64,000 nt of DNA from a virus. Below, piece by piece: positions 22,001-30,859 of the stretch (position 1 is the first letter of the stretch; each line of letters starts with the position of its first letter). Under the pieces are notes generated by a model. It was not told where the DNA came from. It ran no database searches and saw nothing but the letters and a program-made list of their open reading frames with translations. Both the position numbers and the translations under genes were made by a program. Location: the IMG/VR virus record IMGVR_UViG_3300027969_000082, positions 9,132-73,131 of that record; one strand, 5' to 3'.

Positions 22001-25000
22001 GCAGCATTCCTGCTCTAATTATTCCAGATCCAGTTGGATACGATTCTGCATATGCTGATGCTAGAGACATGCTTGTATCTAACAAAGCATTTTTACAACA
22101 AGAAGTTAGTGCATGGATTGCTTCTCGTATAGCAGGTAACTTTGCTCCTTTTGTTGGATTTGTCTACAGTGGTACAGGGCAAACAAAATGCGAACGCGAT
22201 GTAGGTTACATTGTTGATGCACTACGTTATGACTTAACATATGGCGGCAATCTTGAGACATTAGTTGCAGCTCGTTCTTTCTATTCATTTGGTACATTTG
22301 TAGAAACTGGGGAAAAAGATCAAGCACTTGCAGTATATGAATACTTAAAGTCTATTATTGGTTATATTGCCGAAGGCGATAATGGTTCGTGGATTAAAAC
22401 ACCAAGTAATCCGCTAAATCAAGACGATTCGTTAAACCCTGGTTCTGCAGCAGCAGGCATTTTCTTAGAAGAAAGACTACAAGAAATTATTGATACAATT
22501 GATACAGGTACAGTACCTGACGCAATTGAACCAAGTACATCGTGGGTAGACAGTGACAATGTTGCAGCAAAGGCAGCAATGCAAACTCTTAAAGCCGGCA
22601 TACAAGCTGGAGCAATTGAGTATATTAGTACTTCATACCCGTCTCTTGTATATGATACTGATGTTTGCTATAGAGACGTAGGGTACATTGTTGATGCTAT
22701 CTCTTATGACATTATGTTCGGTGGTAACTTCCGCTCTATTAAAGCAGGTATGTCGTACTATAGAGGTACATCATCGACCCAAACCGTAATTACAAGCCAG
22801 CTTGCACAAACAGAAGCAACAATTACATATATAAACACTGCTTTACAACAAATTACAGCAGGTTATACAGGGTCAGTTGGAAGCACAACAGCAGTTTCTA
22901 GAGTTGAGACTAGCGCAAATGTTATGTGGGATATTGTAGCAAGTGGACTTGGAGCAGTACCAACACTAGTATTGCCAAATCCTACCGGGTACGGATCATC
23001 CTTAACACATACTGCATATGCAGTAACTGGTAACACTTCTGGCGCAACTACAACGTATGATTATGCTAGAACACAAATTGTTCAAAACTATGCGTTCATG
23101 AGGGCTGAAATTGCACAATATCTAAATGTGAACTATAATGCCGTATGGGTTGCGTTAGGAGCCACCGGCCAAGCTGGGTGTGCAAGGGATATCGGTTATA
23201 TCTTAGATGGTATTCGTTACGATATTACTTACGGTGGAAACACACAAAGTTTAATTACAGGAAGTGCATATTATTCTAACTACTCACTAACTATTCAAAC
23301 AGGCGAACTTACTGCAACTATCGCAGCATATACTAGACTAAAGACTATTATTGGACAAATTGCTACAAAGACTAGCGTAACAGTTACCCCTGGAAACGTA
23401 ACACCACAGATAACAGCTGGTAGTGCAGGTAATGCATATAGCGCACTGTTTGCACAAAATAGAGTGCAAGATATTATTGATTGGATTTCTAATGGCACTG
23501 CAAATTCAACAGTAAAGCCTGCGTTAACATGGGCTAGCTCAGATTTACAATCTGCATATGCAGCATTACAAGATAGAAAAACAGAAATTCAATCTGATGT
23601 TGTATGGTGGGTTTACAAAAATCATCAAGATTTAAACTTTAACGAAGACACATGCTCTAGAGACTCAGGCTACTTAATTGACGCACTAAGCTATGACGTT
23701 ATTACTGGTAGTAATTTTGCTGCAATTACGTCAGGGCGAGCATACCTTAGAGGAACTACCTCAGCTCAACTAGTTGCAACAAGTCAACGAAAAGCAGAGC
23801 TTGGATCTATTAATTTCTTAAAGTATAAAGCTAAACACATTGCCGCAGTTGGTGCTGTTGCACAAATAGATGCATTGATTACAGACATTACCGGTTACAT
23901 TAATGGCGGATCAATCCCTAGAATACAGTGGACTAATCCATCTACTATTGCTAGTGGATATGCAGCAGCAAATGTATTGTTAATAGATAATACAGAATTT
24001 ATCAAAGCAGAAATTGCAGCATGGATCACAGTTCAAATTGGTCTAAGTACGTCTGGATTTGTAGGGCTAGTATTTGACAGCGAAGCTTGCCAACGCGATG
24101 TTGGCTACATTGTTGAAGCATTACGTTACGACTTAACTTATGGTTACGGCATCGGCGGCACTGGAAATCTTGCAACACGTATTGCAGGACTTGCCTACTA
24201 TTCAGCATTAACGAGTGTACTACAAATTGACTCGGGCGATAAGACTGCTACACTTGCTGCATACGCAAGATTAAAAGCTGTAGCCCAAGATGTTATCAAA
24301 GATGTTGCAGTTACTCCGTCTGCAGGCAATACAGTAACACAAGTTAGAGCAGTTACCGGACAAACAGCAGGTACTTCTACAGAAGCTACTAGCTTAGGTA
24401 CTCTAGTAGATGTTATTACAACTACAATTAATAATTTAGGTAGTGCTCCAGCATTGGTAGCTCCTGGCACAGGCTGGGTCACTACTGCATATGTTACTGA
24501 AAATAATTCGTTGCAAACAAATAAAGCAACTATTAAAGCCCAAGTAACAACGTTTATTACAGAAAATTATCCAAATTTAAATTACAATTCTGCAACTTGT
24601 GAAAGAGATGTAGGGTACATTATTGACTATGTTGGATACGACATGTTATTTGACAGTAATTATCTAACAATTACTTCTGCTAGAAGTTACTACCGAGCAC
24701 AAGCTTCATTAGTAATTGGTGAACAACGAGATGCTACTATTGCATCATTTAGATATTTAAAAACTCTAATGCTAGCAATTGTAGAAGGTAATGCAACGGT
24801 TAGACGCAGAGTCAAAATATTAATGGATATCATTATTAACACAATGATAAATGGTATTGGTTCAACTCCGGAAGTAACCGGAACAATAACTTACAAAAAT
24901 GATGTTGGCCTATATAAAGGTGCTGAAGTTCTAAGGGCAAATAAAAACTTCTTAGCAGCAGAAGCAACAGCGTGGATTACTCAAAGTTATGGCGGTACAG

Positions 25001-28000
25001 TGACATCAGTTACTGCATCTACTGATAGATTCACTACTAGCTCTGCACACAATTTAACAGCAGGCGATCCGGTTATATTTTCTGGAACACTTATTTCAGG
25101 CAGCGGCATTGTAGCTAGTACCGTATATTATGTACTAGCTACCCCAACTACTACAACATTTACTATTACAGATTCAGCAATTGAAACAACTGCACATAAT
25201 GTAACAGCAGATGCGTCTGGCAGCATGACTGTACGTTATGCGTTCGATGATACTTCTTGCAAGCGCGATATGAAAGAATATATTGAAGCTATGATTTATG
25301 ATTTAAGCTACACTGGTAACTACAAATCATTGAGAGCAGCTGAATTATATATTAATGCAGTACGTGGGTCTAAGCAACAAAATATGTTCTATGTTAGTAA
25401 CGCTACCGGTTTACGTAATTGTACGTTAAACGGATTAAACGGAACACTAAGTGAAGAAAATGATTACGGAACTAAACGCCCAACTGCTGGCGCATATGTT
25501 AGTTTAAATCCAGGATTTGGGCCAAACGATTCAAGCGTATGGGTTAATACACGCTCGCACTACTCGCAAAACGTATCATTATTTGGAACAGGTTGTACAG
25601 GAGCCAAGATTGACGGAGCATTGCATGCCGGCGGTAATCGCTCAATGGTTAAGAATGACTTTACTACTATTATGAGTGATGGTTTTGGTGTTTGGTGTAC
25701 TGGTGCTAACTCACTAACAGAACTTGTTTCAGTGTTTAACTACTACGGCTACGCAGGCTACATGGCAGAATTAGGCGGACGTATTCGTGCAACAAACGGT
25801 AACAGCTCATATGGTACATATGGTGTTATTGCCGAAGGTACTGATACGTACGAACAACCAATTTATGCAGTTGTAGATAATCATGCTCAACAATCGGTAG
25901 TTACTGATACTATTACAGATTCAGCAAATACTATCTACAGAATTGAATTTTCAAATGCTGGTACAAATTATACAAACGTAGACATTGGAATCAGCGGTGA
26001 TGGTGTTAATGCTACTACTATCGGGGACGAGTTCCGTGATGGTGGAGTATTTGAAACTCGATTAATTGACCTAGACGACGGCAACGGGTACGGCGGCACA
26101 AACTATGCAAATGCTATTAATGCAGCGCAGGGCGGCGATGTTGGTTATATTACTATTGCAGCTACTGACATCGCTCTAAGCACTGCGTATGTTGGAATGC
26201 GTATTCAAATTAGTGCAGGCACTGGAGTAGGACAATATGCAAATATTCTAACGTATAATAGCGGTACTAAAATTGCCACTATTTACAAAGATAGTTTTAC
26301 AGCATTAACAGTATCAACAACTACAGATACCGGCGACTTTGTCAACGTTGCGTCAAATGCAACATTGTATGCTGACATGCCAATCTACTTTGTTGGAACA
26401 ACATTTGGTAGCATTACTGCTAACACATTGTACTATGTCAAAGCATTAACCGGAACTACTCAATTTACTGTATATCAAAATACAACTACAAAAGCACAGA
26501 TTAATGTAACAGGTGGCAGCGGAACAATGTCTATCTATGCTGCTGGATGGGATCACGCAGTTCCTGGAACTACGTTAGTTAACAGTTTGGATTTATCTTC
26601 AAGCTATAAACTTGAACCAAGAATTAGCTATACTGCTCCTGGATATACAGCAACAGCAAGATCTATTCAAGCAGTTGCTTTCTCAGCAGCAACATTTGGT
26701 AATAACAGATATATTGCAATTCCTACAAGCGGAACAAGTACATCTTACAGTTTAGATGGAAAAACTTGGACTGCTGGCGGAGTACTAAGTGCAAGCGCAA
26801 GCTGGGTTGACACAACATATGGCGGCGGACAAGGTGCAGTTGCAACTGCACTAGTAGGCGGCCTTGGCGGCTCCGGTGCAGTATTACAGGCAGTTATGGG
26901 AGTTGTTAACAGTATTGGCGCTCCTGGAATTGACCAAATTGTTAGTGTTACTATTATTGATGGCGGTTACAACTATACAACACCTCCAACAATTGTGTTT
27001 ACACCAGTTACAGGCGGCGCTGGCGCTGTAGCGTCCTGTACTGTACTAAACGGAAAAATTGACAGTATAACTGTTGAGATTAACGGCTCTGGATACAATG
27101 CCAAACCAACAGTGTCAGCTGCAACAGACAGAGTAACAAAACTTACTGTGTCAACTTGGGGGAGAGGATATACTTCAGCTCCAACAGTTACAGTTAGCCC
27201 TCCAGTGAGCGCAACAGTGTGGAGCTCTTTAGGTAGCGCAACACAAGGAACTTATTACTCATATGTAAACACTGGTGTTATTCCGAGCGAAACTAATTAC
27301 TATCTAGCAGGAGCAACCGGAACATTTAGTTCAACTGCTCCAACTTTTACTAGTGGAACTGGCAGCTCAGGTACATACGGAGTAGGCTTAACATATGTTG
27401 GATCTTTAGCAACAGGTACTGCTGTATTGAATAACACTGGTGTAGGATCTATTACTATAGGCGCAACAGGCGGGCGTGGCTATACTAGCAATCCAACTGT
27501 GTCTATAGTTGATACTACTGCAAAATATGTTGCTATTGCAAGTGGTGCAATAGGAACTTCCTACTTGCCAACAAGTGCTGCGGCTAACGCAGCATGGTCT
27601 ACAGGAGGAAATCTTCAAGCTGGATTTACCGATGCTGCCGCAATAACATATGGTGGAGGCTTATTTGTTGCAGTTGGAGGTACTAACAAAGGCGCATCTG
27701 CACCGTTAAGTGCAGTAGGCACTACCTGGACTGCTAGAACATTGCCAACAACTAGCGGAACTTATTCTGCAATTACTTATGGCAACGGAACATTTGTTGC
27801 AATAACAACAGGGGCTCAACTAACTGCCTATAGTACAAACGCTACAACGTGGACACAAGGCGGAAACCTACCAACTTCTACCACATGGAGTAGTATTGCA
27901 TATGGTAACGGACGATTTGTTGCTATTGCTACTGGCACACGGAGTGTTGCTATTAGTTTAGACAAAGGTGTAAATTGGAAAACAGTGACTCCAGGCATGC

Positions 28001-29514
28001 CTAGCGCACTAACATGGACTAAGATTGTTTACGGTCAAGGACTATTTGTTGCAATTGCTAGCGGAACCACTTCAGTGGCAACTAGTCCTGACGGTATAAA
28101 TTGGACTGTTAGAACCATGCCAGGATCTAGTTCCACATGGAAAGGCCTGGCATTTGGTAATGTAAGCAGCAACCCATTATGGGTAGCAGTATCTAGTACA
28201 AGCGGACAAAACGCAGCTTCATTAAGAACTGGTGCTACTGCATTAGGTAGAATGAAGGCAGAGTCCGGAACTATAACTGAAATTAGAATGATTGAGCCAG
28301 GTTCCGGATATCCAAAAGGAACTGTTACAGCAACTACTGATACTACTAATGTAATCACGGTAAACAACACTGAAAACTTAATTGATAGTCAACCAATTAT
28401 ATTCTCTGGAGTATCTGATGGCGGCTTAGCCACTGAGAAATTGTATTATGTTATTGGAAGCACTATTGTTACAAACACTAGCTTTAAGGTTAGCTTAGTG
28501 GCAGGTAGTGCAACACCTGCAGTATTAGTAACTGTTACAGGATTAACTGGAACTTACAGAGCAGGCCCTATTGCTACTCAAACAGATCCAAACAAAGTTA
28601 TCACTGCTGCAATTAACCCAAGAACAAACGACGGTGTACTAGCTAACCCGTCATTTAGTAATAGAGGAACATTATATACAACTGCTACTACTGCGGTTAC
28701 AGGTGACGGCCATGCTGACTTATACCAACCTAGTACATTTATTGCTGTTAGAAACTTGTATGATAGACCACAAGCTGGTGCTAACATAGTGTTTTCATCG
28801 TTATCAGATGTATGGTATAAATTAGTTGCTGTTACTAATCTATTAGGCGACAAGGGAGACTACACGGCTCAATTCCAGATTAGTCCAGGTATTTCGGTAC
28901 TCGAAGCCCCAATTGATGCAGCTACAGTTACTACTACAATTAAGTATAGCCAAGTTCGTCTAACTGGACACGACTTCTTGTACATTGGTACAGGAAATCA
29001 AGCACAGACTAACTATCCGTTTGTAGACCCGTCATATGCAGACATTGACAAACAGACTAATAGTAGCGGTGGCGGACGAGTATTCTTTACAAGTACTGAC
29101 CAAGACGGTAACTTTAACGTTGGAGGTTTATTTGGAGTTCAACAGTCAACTGGTACTGCTACATTGAACGCTGATGCGTTTAACCTAAGCGGTCTACAAA
29201 GTTTGCAGTTAGGTGAGATTAACCTAGGTGTTGGATCAGCTGTTATTAACCAGTTTAGTACAGACCCGTACTTTACTGCTGATAGCGATAATATTGTACC
29301 AACACAGCGAGCAATTAAAGCATATATTACAGCCCAAATTGGTGGCGGACAGAGCTCATTGAACGTAAATACACTAACAGCTGGTGTTGTATACGTGGCA
29401 AACGACTCGATCTCAACTACTAGTGGTGGTCAGTTAAATATAAAATCAAAGATGTATTTTACAGGTGGAATTGACGGGGCTCCCGTTGCACTTGGATTCT
29501 TCTTACAACGATAA
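19027..29514 (+). CDS. Giant virion structural/fibre protein (3495 aa) with eight phycobiliprotein-like helical repeats
   Basis: MAEFKLGRIRFVWKG start is paralogous to 10852. CBM-like repeats, beta-helix, eight CxRD-containing repeats, YGNG repeats and the shared C-terminal FFTSTDQDGNF motif. Confidence 0.8.
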   Translation: MAEFKLGRIRFVWKGTWTPSTSYLIDDVVSNGGKSYICVVNHTAASLFNTDLDFVPSKWNIVSDGTQWLGDWEPETYYNPGASVKYGGLVYICKTGHTSATYEVPDFLGLEDDLGNWELFAESFDWKGPWNTATRYRINDFVSYGSTVYVCTTGHLSDASTVTLPASAFTVSAGTATLTYAPQNVAPYAVGSTVTLAGFTPTQTSGVVNTVNASFTVITCTATQLTFALTGTYASSVLGTVTGTSQLGLETDSSNWDIFNQGVIYLGDWSGSAVRYKANDVVKFGANLWICTDYHTSSASFDQTKWDIFVEGFEFENSWNNSTNYQPGDVVTYGGYSYIAKTINVNKQPTTNAADWGVFTTGFNFVGEYNSLTNYKVGDVVRNGGYTYVAVLDSVGQLVSSGTYWSLLNSGFRWTNTPQTYTEVASVTTIGTGAGAKFNVIRSGTVYTVSVAGGFAGSGYFANDQVKILGTVVGGISPANDITINILTVSAGGVATINWSGGSSTWTTATAYVLGDTVYFGANSYVCVANHTASTPSRPDNDTTGAYWNLLAAGSEYNILTTTGDMVYYGTNGPTRLPVGFDGQVLRSQNGFPIWANYGLINNLVYVGPLGKDIAYPDAGATIDQPWKTVRFATKQIEEGYLTPNAKTILAKNKQFIMKEITNWVIYTYTVDITAADDASDRFTCNDTSNLILNMPIEFTSTLGGVTAGQKYFVKSIVGSEFSISEASGGATKQLTAGTGSMTGTLSYDHDFCERDVGLIVEAVKYDVSHGGNMKTTAAAKAYFTAAGNTYINSNFGAQKTQTVAAYTYLAELFDNVLNNAPFRNYQVFNGITNGVTQIVDTSLTVESGVVDRVYELISIITDAITIGSATAIPPSINPATTISVKTGTYDEVLPMVIPEYTAIVGDELRSTIIQPAPANGLLVNDKEKTTTALNRINSIASNLIQNITVSPTSGNTEVQQYVTGFKGDPTLTTAVDDRATDISDILAGGLSSIPALIIPDPVGYDSAYADARDMLVSNKAFLQQEVSAWIASRIAGNFAPFVGFVYSGTGQTKCERDVGYIVDALRYDLTYGGNLETLVAARSFYSFGTFVETGEKDQALAVYEYLKSIIGYIAEGDNGSWIKTPSNPLNQDDSLNPGSAAAGIFLEERLQEIIDTIDTGTVPDAIEPSTSWVDSDNVAAKAAMQTLKAGIQAGAIEYISTSYPSLVYDTDVCYRDVGYIVDAISYDIMFGGNFRSIKAGMSYYRGTSSTQTVITSQLAQTEATITYINTALQQITAGYTGSVGSTTAVSRVETSANVMWDIVASGLGAVPTLVLPNPTGYGSSLTHTAYAVTGNTSGATTTYDYARTQIVQNYAFMRAEIAQYLNVNYNAVWVALGATGQAGCARDIGYILDGIRYDITYGGNTQSLITGSAYYSNYSLTIQTGELTATIAAYTRLKTIIGQIATKTSVTVTPGNVTPQITAGSAGNAYSALFAQNRVQDIIDWISNGTANSTVKPALTWASSDLQSAYAALQDRKTEIQSDVVWWVYKNHQDLNFNEDTCSRDSGYLIDALSYDVITGSNFAAITSGRAYLRGTTSAQLVATSQRKAELGSINFLKYKAKHIAAVGAVAQIDALITDITGYINGGSIPRIQWTNPSTIASGYAAANVLLIDNTEFIKAEIAAWITVQIGLSTSGFVGLVFDSEACQRDVGYIVEALRYDLTYGYGIGGTGNLATRIAGLAYYSALTSVLQIDSGDKTATLAAYARLKAVAQDVIKDVAVTPSAGNTVTQVRAVTGQTAGTSTEATSLGTLVDVITTTINNLGSAPALVAPGTGWVTTAYVTENNSLQTNKATIKAQVTTFITENYPNLNYNSATCERDVGYIIDYVGYDMLFDSNYLTITSARSYYRAQASLVIGEQRDATIASFRYLKTLMLAIVEGNATVRRRVKILMDIIINTMINGIGSTPEVTGTITYKNDVGLYKGAEVLRANKNFLAAEATAWITQSYGGTVTSVTASTDRFTTSSAHNLTAGDPVIFSGTLISGSGIVASTVYYVLATPTTTTFTITDSAIETTAHNVTADASGSMTVRYAFDDTSCKRDMKEYIEAMIYDLSYTGNYKSLRAAELYINAVRGSKQQNMFYVSNATGLRNCTLNGLNGTLSEENDYGTKRPTAGAYVSLNPGFGPNDSSVWVNTRSHYSQNVSLFGTGCTGAKIDGALHAGGNRSMVKNDFTTIMSDGFGVWCTGANSLTELVSVFNYYGYAGYMAELGGRIRATNGNSSYGTYGVIAEGTDTYEQPIYAVVDNHAQQSVVTDTITDSANTIYRIEFSNAGTNYTNVDIGISGDGVNATTIGDEFRDGGVFETRLIDLDDGNGYGGTNYANAINAAQGGDVGYITIAATDIALSTAYVGMRIQISAGTGVGQYANILTYNSGTKIATIYKDSFTALTVSTTTDTGDFVNVASNATLYADMPIYFVGTTFGSITANTLYYVKALTGTTQFTVYQNTTTKAQINVTGGSGTMSIYAAGWDHAVPGTTLVNSLDLSSSYKLEPRISYTAPGYTATARSIQAVAFSAATFGNNRYIAIPTSGTSTSYSLDGKTWTAGGVLSASASWVDTTYGGGQGAVATALVGGLGGSGAVLQAVMGVVNSIGAPGIDQIVSVTIIDGGYNYTTPPTIVFTPVTGGAGAVASCTVLNGKIDSITVEINGSGYNAKPTVSAATDRVTKLTVSTWGRGYTSAPTVTVSPPVSATVWSSLGSATQGTYYSYVNTGVIPSETNYYLAGATGTFSSTAPTFTSGTGSSGTYGVGLTYVGSLATGTAVLNNTGVGSITIGATGGRGYTSNPTVSIVDTTAKYVAIASGAIGTSYLPTSAAANAAWSTGGNLQAGFTDAAAITYGGGLFVAVGGTNKGASAPLSAVGTTWTARTLPTTSGTYSAITYGNGTFVAITTGAQLTAYSTNATTWTQGGNLPTSTTWSSIAYGNGRFVAIATGTRSVAISLDKGVNWKTVTPGMPSALTWTKIVYGQGLFVAIASGTTSVATSPDGINWTVRTMPGSSSTWKGLAFGNVSSNPLWVAVSSTSGQNAASLRTGATALGRMKAESGTITEIRMIEPGSGYPKGTVTATTDTTNVITVNNTENLIDSQPIIFSGVSDGGLATEKLYYVIGSTIVTNTSFKVSLVAGSATPAVLVTVTGLTGTYRAGPIATQTDPNKVITAAINPRTNDGVLANPSFSNRGTLYTTATTAVTGDGHADLYQPSTFIAVRNLYDRPQAGANIVFSSLSDVWYKLVAVTNLLGDKGDYTAQFQISPGISVLEAPIDAATVTTTIKYSQVRLTGHDFLYIGTGNQAQTNYPFVDPSYADIDKQTNSSGGGRVFFTSTDQDGNFNVGGLFGVQQSTGTATLNADAFNLSGLQSLQLGEINLGVGSAVINQFSTDPYFTADSDNIVPTQRAIKAYITAQIGGGQSSLNVNTLTAGVVYVANDSISTTSGGQLNIKSKMYFTGGIDGAPVALGFFLQR
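20950..25370 (+). repeat. Eight helical repeats with a C-x-R-D-(V/I)-G-Y-type core
   Basis: Cys codons at 21283, 22189, 22666, 23179, 23653, 24088, 24598 and 25258. Confidence 0.85.
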
Positions 29515-29531
29515 TTTACGGAGATATAAAA

Positions 29532-29858
29532 ATGGCAACAGGAAGATTAGGCGCGGGAGCAGTAGCAATCCCAGCAATTACAAATACTACAGTATACACA
29601 GTGCCTGTAGGATATTATGCAGTATGTAATGTATCTATCACTAATAGAAATACAACAGCAGTTACTATAAGATTGGCACTTTCAACGTCAGGTTCGCCTG
29701 GTTCTGAAGAATGGATTGAATATGATACTGTTGTTATTCCTAACGGAACATACGAACGCACGGGTTTAGTCGGGCAAGCCGGACTAAATATTGTTGTTTA
29801 CTCCTCAGCTGCTTTAGTTGGCTGTACAGTATACGGTATTGAAACATCTACATCATAA
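29532..29858 (+). CDS. Small virion structural protein
   Basis: GGAGA SD; YTVP...NVSITNR...IEYD...ERTGLV motif, duplicated in the 30860 protein. Confidence 0.65.
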   Translation: MATGRLGAGAVAIPAITNTTVYTVPVGYYAVCNVSITNRNTTAVTIRLALSTSGSPGSEEWIEYDTVVIPNGTYERTGLVGQAGLNIVVYSSAALVGCTVYGIETSTS

Positions 29859-29872
29859 TTGAGAGTTAAACT

Positions 29873-30841
29873 ATGGCACGATTAAACACAGGCGCAAAGA
29901 CCTTAAGTATAACAGGGACGTATAATCTCTCGTATGCGTTTACGGGGGGATTAATTTCTCTAGCTGGAACTGCGCCTTACATTGTAACAATAGCTAACCC
30001 AGTATTTTTTCCTGGCTCAAAACAAGAATTTCATAATTCTACCACTGGAAACATAACACTTAGTACGCCCGCAGGTAATATTCAAGGACCTGGGTGGACA
30101 GCAGCGTCGACACAAATTATGCCAGCTGGTGCTACATTTACGCTAATCTCAAATGGTGCAAACTATGTTATTACCAATGATGAAGGCGGCCCATTACAAG
30201 GAACTGCGGTGGTATTCACCACTTCGGCAACTGTTCCTACAGTGCAAGGTTCTACTGCAAGTTCCGGACAGTTAACAATTCGGTCAACAAGCAATGCTAC
30301 TAAAGGTACTGCCGGTATTTTAATGACTGATAGCATTTCATCAACTACTACATCAACTGGTACATTAGTAATAACCGGTGGCTTAGGTGTTAGTGAAAAT
30401 ATTCGTGCAGGCGGTACAATTTACGGTAATCTAAACAGTAGTAATGTTTCACTAAGTACAACAGGTAGTATTGATGGAATTACAGTAGGTAGTACCACTC
30501 GAGCGGCAGGCGCATTTACTACACTTGGTGCTAATAGTACGGTAACCATTACTGGTGTAATATCGGCAGCAACGGGAACAAATAATCAAGCATATTCAAC
30601 AACTGGTGCAGGCACTATCACTTTTAGTTCTGGAACATTAGGTAGTATTGATAATATGACCATTGGTGCAACAACATCAACTACTGGTAAATTTACTACA
30701 ATGACTGCTACTACAGCAACATTGACTAACGGTACTATTACTACAGCTCCATCTAGCGGCAACGATATTGCCAATAAAACTTATGTCGATGCTGCTGCTA
30801 AAAAGATTAGTGGCTTTGGCTTCTTCTACGCTGGCGTGTAA
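29873..30841 (+). CDS. Short tail-fibre-like protein
   Basis: T/G/S-rich; STTTSTGTLVITGGLGVSENI and DIANKTYVD fibre motifs. Confidence 0.6.
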   Translation: MARLNTGAKTLSITGTYNLSYAFTGGLISLAGTAPYIVTIANPVFFPGSKQEFHNSTTGNITLSTPAGNIQGPGWTAASTQIMPAGATFTLISNGANYVITNDEGGPLQGTAVVFTTSATVPTVQGSTASSGQLTIRSTSNATKGTAGILMTDSISSTTTSTGTLVITGGLGVSENIRAGGTIYGNLNSSNVSLSTTGSIDGITVGSTTRAAGAFTTLGANSTVTITGVISAATGTNNQAYSTTGAGTITFSSGTLGSIDNMTIGATTSTTGKFTTMTATTATLTNGTITTAPSSGNDIANKTYVDAAAKKISGFGFFYAGV

Positions 30842-30859
30842 AATATTTAAGGAAATAAA

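Noticed and set aside
326-30774. Many short minus-strand and off-frame ORFs within the giant fibre genes (V/L/P-rich)
   Set aside because: They are shadows of T/N/G-rich repetitive coding sequence, with no SD, promoter or recognisable motif.
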